From NCBI GenBank assembly GCA_038212015.1, contig JBBQUY010000006.1, forward strand, positions 3,016 through 67,015: 64,000 bases of DNA, written 5' to 3'. The notes beneath the pieces are model-generated. The model ran no database searches and had not been told where the DNA came from. It was given only the letters and a program-made list of their open reading frames with translations. Below, piece by piece: positions 24,409 to 33,062 of this stretch. A program made the position numbers and the translations under genes. This stretch comes from Gaiellales bacterium. Lineage in GTDB: Bacteria; Actinomycetota; Thermoleophilia; Gaiellales; SKUG01. How positions within the stretch are numbered: position 1 is the first letter of the stretch; each line of letters opens with the position of its first letter.

Positions 24409-24885
24409 ATGACACCGCGACACCTCTCCCTCCTCCTGCTCATGCTGTGTGCCGCGCTGTTCGCGGTCGGATGCGGCGGCGACTCCGACTCGGACTCCGG
24501 CGATTCCGGAGGTTCGTCGGGCGATGATGCAGCCGAATCCGCGGACCTGCCAGAGGGCACCATCGGGGTCGAGCTCGGCGAGTTCTTCGTCAAGCCGAGC
24601 GCCGACTCGGTCGCGGCAGGCGAGGTCACCTTCCAGGTGGCGAATGCCGGAGACGCATCCCACGAGCTGGTGATCTACAGGACCGACGAGGAAGCCGACG
24701 CCCTCGAGCAGGATGGCGGCGTGGCGAAGCTGGACGAGGCAAACGTGATCGACGAGACCGACGAGCTGTCATCGGGCGACGAGGCCGAACTGACGGTCAC
24801 GCTCGAGGCGGGCTCATACCTGCTGCTGTGCAACCTGCCCGGCCACTACTCGTCCGGCCAGGTCGTCGCATTCACCGTGACCTGA
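24409..24885 (+). CDS. Lipoprotein cupredoxin (type-1 copper-like) with Gln at the axial position
   Basis: Lipobox LFAVGCGG followed by an acidic Ser/Asp linker. Cupredoxin ligand pattern SHELV ... CNLPGHYSSGQ (Cys141, His146, Gln151, where Met is usual). Confidence 0.75.
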   Translation: MTPRHLSLLLLMLCAALFAVGCGGDSDSDSGDSGGSSGDDAAESADLPEGTIGVELGEFFVKPSADSVAAGEVTFQVANAGDASHELVIYRTDEEADALEQDGGVAKLDEANVIDETDELSSGDEAELTVTLEAGSYLLLCNLPGHYSSGQVVAFTVT

Positions 24886-24903
24886 GCAGAACCGCCGTTC
24901 TGC
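24886..24903. terminator. Bidirectional hairpin between convergent genes
   Basis: GCAGAAC-CGCC-GTTCTGC fills the 21-nt gap between stops at 24885 (+) and 24907 (-). Confidence 0.5.
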
Positions 24904-24906
24904 CGG

Positions 24907-26544
24907 TCAGTCGACGAGCCGTCCGATCTGCGCTTCCCATGCGCGCAGGTCGGGCGGCGTCGTCGTGTGGCGATAGGCATCGAGCTGGTCACCGTAGGCG
25001 GCGACCTGCGCAGCCCCGCTCGTGTTCGACGCCCCGAACGCGCGCGCTGCTGCGCCGAGGTTGGCGCCGAATTCCGCCTCGATGAGCGCGATCGTGGGCA
25101 GCACGCGGCCTCCGTCGATCGCGACGAGCCCACCGATGTCGCCGCGCCCTTCGTCGCCGCCGCCTCGTTCGAGTACGTCGTGGTTGTTGGCGGAGTAGAT
25201 GAACCAGCCGCCGGCTCCGTCGAGCGCGGCCGTCGCGGTGGAGATCGCGGCGCTGCCCGGCGTGCCGGCGTCGAAGAACGCGTTGCCGGGGTACTCGAGC
25301 AGCTCCAGGCTGCGCCCGTAGGACGACGACGCGGCGCGGATGTCGCGGATCGCGGTGTCGCGGTCGCGGCCGGCGGCTGACTGGGTCGTTGCCCAGCCGT
25401 CGATGACACTGGCGTACACGAGGTTGTGAGGACGTGCCTGCGCTGCGACGAACAGCTTCGCGCGCGAGCCGCCTGCCTGCAGGTGGCTGCGCAGCTCAGC
25501 GATCCAGGCGGTGGTGCCCTGCGCCTGATCGGCACTCTTGTCCTGTTCGTCGCTCACCTGCACCCAGAAGGTGGCGTTGGGATTTGCGCTGCCGGCTCGT
25601 CGCTCGGCTTCGATGATGCGCCGCGCGGTGTCGGCCGGCGAGGCGCGGGTCGCGGCTTCGTAGGCTGCGCTGAAGTACTGGACCGGCGAGCGGTTCGATG
25701 CGCTCGTGGTGGTGATGCCGGAGTTGCCGCTCGCCGCGACGCCGAAGTGCGCGAGCACCGAACCGAGGGCGGCCGGATCGGCCCCCCGCTGCTTCGCATT
25801 GGACTCGTTGATCCAGGCCATCATGGGCAGCGCGTCGATCGAGCGAGTGCCGACATGGACCTGCAGTCGCGCGCCGGCGATGTCGACCACGTGGTCGCCG
25901 GGCGTCGTTGCCGTGACTCGTGCGACGACGCGCGCCGTGTCGCCGGCGGCGATCGTGACCGGACCCCGCACCGGTTCGAGCACCTGCGTGCGATGCGCGC
26001 CGCGCTGGAAGTCGCGCAGCACGAACAGCTCGGTGGTGACGCCACCCGCTGCCTGTGGTGGCTGGATCGTCGTGCCGCTCGTGCCGCCGTCGACGACGAC
26101 CTGTCGGTAGGTGACCTGGTTGCGCGCCATGCGGAGCTGGTCGACCTGCCCCGGTCGAAGCTCCGGCAGTACACTGCTGCGACTCGTTGCCTGCGTCGAG
26201 ATCGGCCCGCCACCCTGGATCGGGGATTGCTGCGGCGCCTGCTGTGGCGCCACGCCGCCGCCAGCGCCGCCAGCAACGCCTCCGCCACCTGCGACACGGC
26301 GCGCGAACGACTCGACCGCCATCCGCAGCTGCTCGACGGCGACGGCAAGCCGATCGATGGTGGCACGCAGGTCGGTGCCGGCGGAAGCGAGCGCGCCCCC
26401 TCCCGCGGCTCCGGCAACGGCGCCGGATGACGCGTGCGGGCATGTGGACGGCATGCGCGCGTCGGCCGCACCCGACGCACGTGACGCGTCCCCCGACTCG
26501 ACGGGGCGCTGCCTCGGTTCGCGGCTGCCACTGATCGCATCCAT
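24907..26544 (-). CDS. Large hypothetical protein (coiled-coil and Gly-rich N-terminus; C-terminal part possibly glycoside-hydrolase-like)
   Basis: This is the only frame here with balanced composition (Trp/Tyr/Asn/Ile/Phe present). I found no signal peptide. The start is uncertain (ATG at 26544, or internal Met codons). A faint resemblance to DUF4091-type proteins is from memory only. Confidence 0.5.
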   Translation of the reverse strand: MDAISGSREPRQRPVESGDASRASGAADARMPSTCPHASSGAVAGAAGGGALASAGTDLRATIDRLAVAVEQLRMAVESFARRVAGGGGVAGGAGGGVAPQQAPQQSPIQGGGPISTQATSRSSVLPELRPGQVDQLRMARNQVTYRQVVVDGGTSGTTIQPPQAAGGVTTELFVLRDFQRGAHRTQVLEPVRGPVTIAAGDTARVVARVTATTPGDHVVDIAGARLQVHVGTRSIDALPMMAWINESNAKQRGADPAALGSVLAHFGVAASGNSGITTTSASNRSPVQYFSAAYEAATRASPADTARRIIEAERRAGSANPNATFWVQVSDEQDKSADQAQGTTAWIAELRSHLQAGGSRAKLFVAAQARPHNLVYASVIDGWATTQSAAGRDRDTAIRDIRAASSSYGRSLELLEYPGNAFFDAGTPGSAAISTATAALDGAGGWFIYSANNHDVLERGGGDEGRGDIGGLVAIDGGRVLPTIALIEAEFGANLGAAARAFGASNTSGAAQVAAYGDQLDAYRHTTTPPDLRAWEAQIGRLVD

Positions 26545-26702
26545 CGTCGTTCCTCGTCCCGTACCGCGCTGGTTCGTCCGTCCTCATCCATCGTCGGTCG
26601 CGAACGAAGATCGGTCGATCCCCGCATGCGTGAAGCTGTGGGGACGCCGCAGCGAGCTGCGGGAAATCCGCAGCGACTCCGCGATGCATAGCTGCTGACC
26701 AC

Positions 26703-27317
26703 GTGCGTCGTCGAGTCGATGCTGTACGTAACAGGACCGACACGCCTTCGACACGATTCGAGCCAGCCGTGCCCATTCAGCTCAACGCCCAGCCTCTCGC
26801 CGACTTTGACCGACCCATCGACATGCTCGAGGATTGCCACCGACGCATCGAACGATTCCTGCGCATGCTGCAGGCGGTCGTCCTGGCAGCAACGAACGAC
26901 GGCACGATGACCGAGGATGCTGCAGAAGCACTGCAGACTGCGCTGCGCTACTTCCGCAACGCCGCGCCGCAGCACACTGCCGACGAAGAGAAGTCACTGT
27001 TCCCCCGGATGCGCGACACCGGCGATCCGCGCGTCGCCAAGGTGCTCGGGCAGCTCGACCGTCTGGAACAGGACCATGCGCGAGCGCACCAGCTGCACGA
27101 GGTCGTCGATCAGCTGGGGATGCGATGGCTGCACAAGGGCGTGCTGCGACGTGACGAGCTCGCGGAAATGGACACGACGCTCTCCCAGCTGCGCGACATC
27201 TACGCGGAGCACATCGATCTTGAGGACTCGGTCGTCTTCCACCTCGCCCGCGAGGTGCTCGGATCCGACGCGCTCGACGGCATGGGCGTCGAGATGCGTG
27301 CCCGCCGCGGTCATTGA
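26703..27317 (+). CDS. Hemerythrin HHE cation-binding domain protein
   Basis: Repeated His/Glu ligands: DCHRRIERF, QHTADEEKSLFP, DHARAHQLHE, AEHIDLEDS. The start is uncertain (GTG 26703 or in-frame GTG 26769). Confidence 0.7.
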   Translation: MRRRVDAVRNRTDTPSTRFEPAVPIQLNAQPLADFDRPIDMLEDCHRRIERFLRMLQAVVLAATNDGTMTEDAAEALQTALRYFRNAAPQHTADEEKSLFPRMRDTGDPRVAKVLGQLDRLEQDHARAHQLHEVVDQLGMRWLHKGVLRRDELAEMDTTLSQLRDIYAEHIDLEDSVVFHLAREVLGSDALDGMGVEMRARRGH

Positions 27318-27356
27318 CCGCCGCCGGAGTGCCCGCACGAAGGTAGGATCACGGGC

Positions 27357-28391
27357 ATGAGTGACTTCCCGGATCGCAACCTCGCCATGGAACTCGTCCG
27401 CGTCACGGAGGCTGCAGCGCTCGCAGCCGCACGCTGGGTCGGTCGCGGCGACAAGAAGGCAGCCGACAAGGGCGCCGTCGACGCAATGCGTTCGATGCTT
27501 GGTCGCATCGCGATGGACGGACTCGTCGTGATCGGCGAGGGCGAGAAGGACGAAGCGCCGATGCTCTTCAACGGTGAGCGCCTCGGCACGGGTGCGCCGC
27601 CGGAAGTCGACATCGCGGTCGACCCCCTGGAAGGCACGACGCTCTGTGCGAAGGGCATGCCCAACGCGATCGCCGTAATCGCGATCGCCGAGCGCGGCGC
27701 GATGTTCGATCCCGGTCCGTGCTTCTACATGGAGAAGCTCGTCACCGACAACGAGGCGGCGATGGCGATCGACATCGAACGCCCGATCGAGGACAACATT
27801 CGCGCGGTTGCGGCAGCCAAGGGCAAGCCGATCAACGAGACGACCGTGATCATGCTCGATCGCGCGCGACACGCGGATGCCAAGGCCCGCATCCGCGAGA
27901 CCGGCGCACGCATCCGCATGATCAGCGACGGTGACGTTGCCGGCGCGATGATCGCCGCCCGTGAAGGCAGCGCGATCGACCTCATGTACGGCGTCGGCGG
28001 CACCCCCGAAGGCGTGCTCGCGGCAGCCGCGATCCGCTGTCTCGGCGGCGAGATCCAGGCCCGTCTGGCTCCGCAGGACGAAGCCGAGCTGGCCGCGGTG
28101 AAGGAGTACGGCTGCGACCTCGGGCGCGTCATGATGCGACGCGACCTGGTCTCCGGCCGTGACGTGTTCTTCGCCGCGACGGGCGTCACCGACGGCGACA
28201 TGCTCGAAGGCGTGCGCTACAGCCGCCGCGGCGCGTCGACCCAGTCGATCGTGATGCGCTCGCGCTCGGGAACGGTGCGCATCGTCAACGGCGAGCACAA
28301 CCGCGAGAAGCTCGAGTCGTATCTCAAGAGCACCGGCCTCGGTCTCTCCGAAGGCGCCCCGATCCCCACGGGTACGGGCGTCACGATCTAG
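27357..28391 (+). CDS. glpX: Class II fructose-1,6-bisphosphatase
   Basis: Full-length GlpX-like sequence: NLAMELVRVTEAAALAAARWVGRGDKKAADKGAVDAMR..., VVIGEGEKDEAPML, DPLEGTT. Confidence 0.9.
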   Translation: MSDFPDRNLAMELVRVTEAAALAAARWVGRGDKKAADKGAVDAMRSMLGRIAMDGLVVIGEGEKDEAPMLFNGERLGTGAPPEVDIAVDPLEGTTLCAKGMPNAIAVIAIAERGAMFDPGPCFYMEKLVTDNEAAMAIDIERPIEDNIRAVAAAKGKPINETTVIMLDRARHADAKARIRETGARIRMISDGDVAGAMIAAREGSAIDLMYGVGGTPEGVLAAAAIRCLGGEIQARLAPQDEAELAAVKEYGCDLGRVMMRRDLVSGRDVFFAATGVTDGDMLEGVRYSRRGASTQSIVMRSRSGTVRIVNGEHNREKLESYLKSTGLGLSEGAPIPTGTGVTI

Positions 28392-28549
28392 AGGCACCGA
28401 TCTCAGTGAACGAGCGCGATCGTGTCGCGTCGCATTGCTCCGAACGCAATCGGCATATGTGACGGGTTTCGTTCGGAGCGACGTGCGCGGGGGTTCGATC
28501 AACCTACGAGCGACTGCGGCCACGGGCGTGGCCACCGCCGCCCGTTCGC

Positions 28550-29191
28550 ATGTCCCAGCCGACCCGGGACCCGACCAGCCGGGGAGAACAGGACGACATG
28601 GATGTCACTCGCACGCCCCTTCCCGGCATGACGCCGCACCTTGCGTACCGCACGTTGCTGCGCGCCGCCGATGTTGCCGCATCGGCACCGCGCGCAGCAA
28701 CGGCGGGCGCGACGGCTGCAGGTGGGGGCGCGCACATGAACGCCTCCGGTGGCGGCGTCGACGCGCCCGAGATCAACGGGCCTGCGGACGGGCCCGACGT
28801 GGTGCTCGCCACCGGCGTGCGCATTCGCAGGAAGCGGATCGGCTCCGCCCGCGTGGGTGATGCCGAACTGCAGCAGGCGATCCGTGGCGTGCAGGCGCTG
28901 CCGGTTGCGCACCAGATGCTCATCGCGCGACTCGGTCTGCCGATCGAACTCATTCCGGTCGTGCAGCTCGAACGGCTCGCCGGCACCACCGACCCGGTGG
29001 TCGGCGCAACGCTCATCCTCGGCGCTGACGGCAGTGCCAAGCCGGCGAAGATCCGCATCGCGGCGTATCAGGCGCACCTGAAGTCATCCGTCACCGAGGC
29101 GACGCAGCACGAGATCGGTCATGCGATCGCGGTCGTCGCCAACCAGGACATGAGCGAGGCCACCGCGATCAGGTACGCGCGCTCGTACTAG
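28550..29191 (+). CDS. Hypothetical HExxH (HEIGH) zinc-metallopeptidase-like protein
   Basis: C-terminal ...VTEATQHEIGHAIAVVANQ... No signal peptide or TM. Ala/Gly-rich N-terminal third. Confidence 0.5.
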   Translation: MSQPTRDPTSRGEQDDMDVTRTPLPGMTPHLAYRTLLRAADVAASAPRAATAGATAAGGGAHMNASGGGVDAPEINGPADGPDVVLATGVRIRRKRIGSARVGDAELQQAIRGVQALPVAHQMLIARLGLPIELIPVVQLERLAGTTDPVVGATLILGADGSAKPAKIRIAAYQAHLKSSVTEATQHEIGHAIAVVANQDMSEATAIRYARSY

Positions 29192-30048
29192 CGCGTGCCG
29201 GCGCGCAGGGCGCGGGATCGCGCCTCGAGCGCGTCGATGATGCGCGCGGGAACGGTCCGGCAGCCCAGACGCGAGCCGTCGGGGCCGTGACCGTGGTCAT
29301 CGCTGCCGGCCGTCTGCACCAGCCCGAGCTCCGTTGCCAGGGCCGCGCAGCGCTCGACGACGTCTCCGTCGTGGCCTGGATGGTCGACCTCCACGCCGTC
29401 GAGCCCGAGCGTCGCCGCATGCCGCACCGCGTCCTCACGCAGCCCGCTGCGCGAGCGTGCGCCCGGATGCGCGAACACCGCCACGCCACCGGACTCATGG
29501 ATCGCGTTGATGCCCCGCTCGATCGACATGCCGTCGCGCGGCACGAATGCACGCCCGCCGGTCCCGAACCACTCCTCGCCGAACGCGTGATCGACGTCCT
29601 CGATGATGCCGAGCCGAACCATCGCGCGCGCGATGTGCGGGCGCCCGGGCGGGGCACCGCCGCTCTCGCCGAGTACGTCGTCCATCGTCAGCTGCCCGGC
29701 GATCCGCGCCACGCGCTCGACGATCGCCGACGCCCGATCCACGCGCTGCGCGCGCATTTCCGCGAACAGCTCCGCGAGACCGGCGTCGTCAGGATCGATG
29801 AAATAGCCGAGCAGGTGCGCCTCGCGCGCCGTCGGGCTGAAGCACGACAGCTCCACGCCCGGGATGCAGCGGATACCGAGCGCCTCGGCCATGCCCATTG
29901 CCTCGGCGAGCCCATCCGTCGTGTCGTGGTCGGTGAGCGCCAGGCCGCCAAGGCCGCGCTCGGCAGCGAGGCTCACGACTTCCCGCGGCGGCAAGGTGCC
30001 GTCGGAAGCCGTGGAGTGCGTATGCAGGTCGAATCGATCGCGAGACAT
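29188..30048 (-). CDS. PHP-domain metal-dependent phosphoesterase
   Basis: MSRDRFDLHTHSTASDG... plus downstream His/Asp PHP motifs (LTDHDT, AHPG, GSDDHG). I chose ATG 30048. Confidence 0.8.
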   Translation of the reverse strand: MSRDRFDLHTHSTASDGTLPPREVVSLAAERGLGGLALTDHDTTDGLAEAMGMAEALGIRCIPGVELSCFSPTAREAHLLGYFIDPDDAGLAELFAEMRAQRVDRASAIVERVARIAGQLTMDDVLGESGGAPPGRPHIARAMVRLGIIEDVDHAFGEEWFGTGGRAFVPRDGMSIERGINAIHESGGVAVFAHPGARSRSGLREDAVRHAATLGLDGVEVDHPGHDGDVVERCAALATELGLVQTAGSDDHGHGPDGSRLGCRTVPARIIDALEARSRALRAGTR

Positions 30049-30163
30049 CTGTGCACCCATTGTACCGTCGCACGCGTCCATGTGGACTTACCGCAGCGAT
30101 ACGCGGTCTGGTCCGAATGCCGACGCCCCCGCCTGCACCGATGCTGGAACGGAGTCTCCAACC

Positions 30164-31351
30164 ATGCGCATCCGCTTCCTGTCGTCTGCACGCCGCTCCG
30201 TCGGCGCCCATTCCCTCCTGCTCCCGGCGGGAGTCGTCGCGCTGCTGCTCGGTCTCGTCGGCGGGCTCGCCCGGATCGGCGTGCTCGCGCAGTTCGCGCC
30301 CTCGTCCACGGTCGCGTGGCACGGCCCGCTCATCGTGTTCGGCTTCCTCGGCGTGCTCATTGCCGTCGAACGCGCCGTTGCGCTGCGCCGCCCCTGGGCC
30401 TTCAGCGCGCCACTGCTGGGCTGCAGCGGCACGATCCTGCTCGTCGCGGGCGCGCCTGTCGAGGTCGTTGCGACCGTCTGGACAGCCGCGGCGCTCGTTG
30501 CCACGCTTGCGGTGCTCGCCCTCGATCGTCGTCAGCCGTCGCTGGCCAATCGCTGCATGCTCGCGAGCTGCGTGGCCTGGACGATCGGCGTGGCGCTCTG
30601 GGGTACCGGTGCGAGCCTCGCCTCGCTGCTGCCGTGGTGGGCATCGTTTCTGGTGCTCATGATCGTCGGGGAGCGAATCCAGTTCGGCAAGCTGTTCTAC
30701 GTTCGCCATGCACGAATGCTGGTGACGGTCCTGCCTGCGCTGCTGCTCGCGGGTGCGCTGGTTGCGACTGCCGATGCGGTGGTGGGCACGGCGATCACGG
30801 GTGCCGGCATGCTCGGCCTGGGCGCATGGCTGATCGTCGTGGACGTCACCCGACGCGTGCGTCGTCCCGGACTGCTCTGGTACGTGAGCGTCGGCCTGGC
30901 AGCCGCCTACGCGTGGCTCGTCGTGGCGGGGACGATATGGCTGGTGCTGGCTCCGACCACCGGCGGGGCGGGCCTGGACGCTGCGATTCATGCGCTCTTC
31001 CAGGGCTTCGTGATGGGCATGGTGCTCACGCACGCGCCCATGATCTTCCCGGCCGTGACCGGTCATCGGATGCCCTTCCACCGAGTCTTCCATGTGCCGC
31101 TCGCGCTGCTGCACGTCGGCATGGTCATGCGTGTGGGCGGCGACCTGCTCGCGCGCACGGAGCTTGCCAGGACGGGATCGACGATGACCGCCGCATCACT
31201 TGCCCTGTTCCTGCTCGTGGCGGGCAGCAGCGTCGTGGTCGGGCGGCTCGGTGCCCAACCGGTTCGCCAACCACGGCGAGCTGCAGCCTCGCCGCAGCCA
31301 CGTCCGCAGCGATCGAGCGCCGCCGCGAGCTCGATCAGTGACCCGGCTTGA
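30164..31351 (+). CDS. Polytopic integral membrane protein (about 10-12 TM, conserved His residues; family not assignable)
   Basis: ATG 30164 follows GGAG. Hydrophobic throughout. AWHGPLIVFGFLG and HALFQGFVMGMVLTHAPMIFP are faintly NnrS-like (weak, from memory). The C-terminal tail is disordered. Confidence 0.6.
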   Translation: MRIRFLSSARRSVGAHSLLLPAGVVALLLGLVGGLARIGVLAQFAPSSTVAWHGPLIVFGFLGVLIAVERAVALRRPWAFSAPLLGCSGTILLVAGAPVEVVATVWTAAALVATLAVLALDRRQPSLANRCMLASCVAWTIGVALWGTGASLASLLPWWASFLVLMIVGERIQFGKLFYVRHARMLVTVLPALLLAGALVATADAVVGTAITGAGMLGLGAWLIVVDVTRRVRRPGLLWYVSVGLAAAYAWLVVAGTIWLVLAPTTGGAGLDAAIHALFQGFVMGMVLTHAPMIFPAVTGHRMPFHRVFHVPLALLHVGMVMRVGGDLLARTELARTGSTMTAASLALFLLVAGSSVVVGRLGAQPVRQPRRAAASPQPRPQRSSAAASSISDPA

Positions 31352-31814
31352 AGACCATGAGTGCGACCATGCCGACGAGCAGGGCCGTGTCGAGCAGCGA
31401 TGCAGGACGGCCTTCGCGGATGAGCGCGCGCAGCCGACCCGTGACCGGCTCGCCCCGCTCGTCGAGCGCGACGGCCAGTTCGCGAGCTGCGCGCGATCGA
31501 GGCGCGTGCATGCGAACGCCCACGAATCCGGACGCGATCCAGAGCGCGATTGCACCGAGGATCCAGGGTTCATGCAGCTCGTAGACGCCATTGGAGTCGA
31601 GCACCAGTCCGACGCCCGCGGCGAGCAGCACGACCGATCCCGGCATTGCGAGCCGCTTCACGGCACTGCGTGCCGTCTCGAGCAGCGCGAGCACCGCAGC
31701 GGGTGATCCGACGCGCATCGCCATCGACTTGCACGCGAGCGATGCCCCCACCCCGGCGGTCAGTGCGAGCACGCCGCCGAGGTGGATGAACAGCAACAGC
31801 TCGTACACGCTCAC
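31335..31814 (-). CDS. DUF2269-like membrane protein
   Basis: Four TM segments. MSVYELLLFIHLGGVLAL... GTG start overlaps the TlpA stop (GTGA). Confidence 0.6.
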   Translation of the reverse strand: MSVYELLLFIHLGGVLALTAGVGASLACKSMAMRVGSPAAVLALLETARSAVKRLAMPGSVVLLAAGVGLVLDSNGVYELHEPWILGAIALWIASGFVGVRMHAPRSRAARELAVALDERGEPVTGRLRALIREGRPASLLDTALLVGMVALMVFKPGH

Positions 31815-32539
31815 GCCGCCTTGGGAGCGGCGGCTGCTGGCTTGGCCAGCGCGCGAACTTCCTTGTCGAATTCGTCGATCGGCATCTCGCCGCTGTAGCG
31901 ATGCGTCACCTTGCCGGTGGTGTCGGTGAACACCAGGAACGGGAAGCCGTCCGTGCCGAGCGCCTCGGCTGCGGTGCCGAGCTCGTCGTCGATGAGCACG
32001 TCATACGGCCACTGCTCCTCGGCAAGCCATGCTGCCGGAGGGTAGTTCGGCCGACCGTCGTCGACCGAGGTCGAGACCGCGATGACCTCGACGTTGGCGG
32101 GCAGCTCGTGCACTTTGGCCCAGTCGACGATGCGGGGCACCTCGGCCTGGCAGTACGGGCACCAGTGTGCGATCACGACATAGACGCGCGCGGTGCCGTC
32201 GCCGGGCGTGAGCGTCGTGCGGAAGCCATCGAACTTCTCGCCCTGCAGCTCGGGGACGATCGAACCTTCGGCTCGATCCGTTCCGCTGCCGGACCACTTG
32301 GACAGCTCCTTGCCCTCGACGTTCACGGTCGCAAAGGCGGGAACCTTGTCGGCCGCGGCGTCCTGGGCCTTCTTCGCGTCGTCGGGCGCAGTCAGCACCA
32401 GCGTGGCGATTCCGATCGCGACCATCGCCGCGATCACCATCCAGAAGACGGGCAGCTGCCGCCGCACGTCCTCGGGTGGCGCGACCCTGCTCATCGATTC
32501 CGTTCGTCGTTCACGCTTCTCGCGCGATGCCTTGCCCAT
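31811..32539 (-). CDS. Membrane-anchored TlpA/ResA-like thiol-disulfide oxidoreductase
   Basis: N-terminal TM. Thioredoxin-fold active site HWCPYC. GGGAG lies 6 nt before ATG 32539. Confidence 0.8.
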   Translation of the reverse strand: MGKASREKRERRTESMSRVAPPEDVRRQLPVFWMVIAAMVAIGIATLVLTAPDDAKKAQDAAADKVPAFATVNVEGKELSKWSGSGTDRAEGSIVPELQGEKFDGFRTTLTPGDGTARVYVVIAHWCPYCQAEVPRIVDWAKVHELPANVEVIAVSTSVDDGRPNYPPAAWLAEEQWPYDVLIDDELGTAAEALGTDGFPFLVFTDTTGKVTHRYSGEMPIDEFDKEVRALAKPAAAAPKAA

Positions 32540-33059
32540 GTCGTGCTCCCAGTGTGGTGATGACGGCGATGAGCAGGAAGGCGCTCAGTGCCATCATCGG
32601 GATGGTGATGTAACCAAATTGCTCGAACCAGATCGTCGTGCAGGGAATGTCGGTCGAGCAGGCGATCTTTTCCTGGTCCGGGAACCGCTCGAGCTGGTAG
32701 TGGTAGACGCTGATCGCGGCACCGATGAGCGCCTGTGGCAGCACGTACCAGCGAACGTCGCGGTCGCCGCGCAGCACGGCGACGCCCAGGAGCACGACGA
32801 GCGGATACATCGCGATTCGCTGGTACCAGCACAGCGGGCAGGGCTGGAAGTTCCGCATCTCGCTCATGTAGAGGCTGCCGAGCGTCGCGATCGCGGCGAC
32901 GAGCCACGCGAGCTTGAGCGCGTCGGGTGCGATCACGCGTGCGATCGCGTCGAGCGGGCGTCGAGCGCCGGCTGACGCCTTCTGCACGCCCCAGCTGATC
33001 ACGACGACGAGCACCGCAAGCTGCGCAACCACCGTCAGGAACGCGAGGAACTCGATCAT
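32511..33059 (-). CDS. DsbB/BdbC-family disulfide bond formation protein
   Basis: Four TM segments. First periplasmic-loop motif CPLCWYQR and a second Cys pair in ...IACSTDIPCTT... Confidence 0.8.
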   Translation of the reverse strand: MIEFLAFLTVVAQLAVLVVVISWGVQKASAGARRPLDAIARVIAPDALKLAWLVAAIATLGSLYMSEMRNFQPCPLCWYQRIAMYPLVVLLGVAVLRGDRDVRWYVLPQALIGAAISVYHYQLERFPDQEKIACSTDIPCTTIWFEQFGYITIPMMALSAFLLIAVITTLGARHGQGIAREA

Positions 33060-33062
33060 GGC

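Noticed and set aside
28438-28478. A possible small structured RNA downstream of glpX (9-bp stem CTCCGAACG/CGTTCGGAG with a 23-nt loop).
   Set aside because: It is a single hairpin with a large loop, no flanking conservation signal and no recognisable riboswitch or sRNA motif. It is most simply a weak terminator or fortuitous structure.
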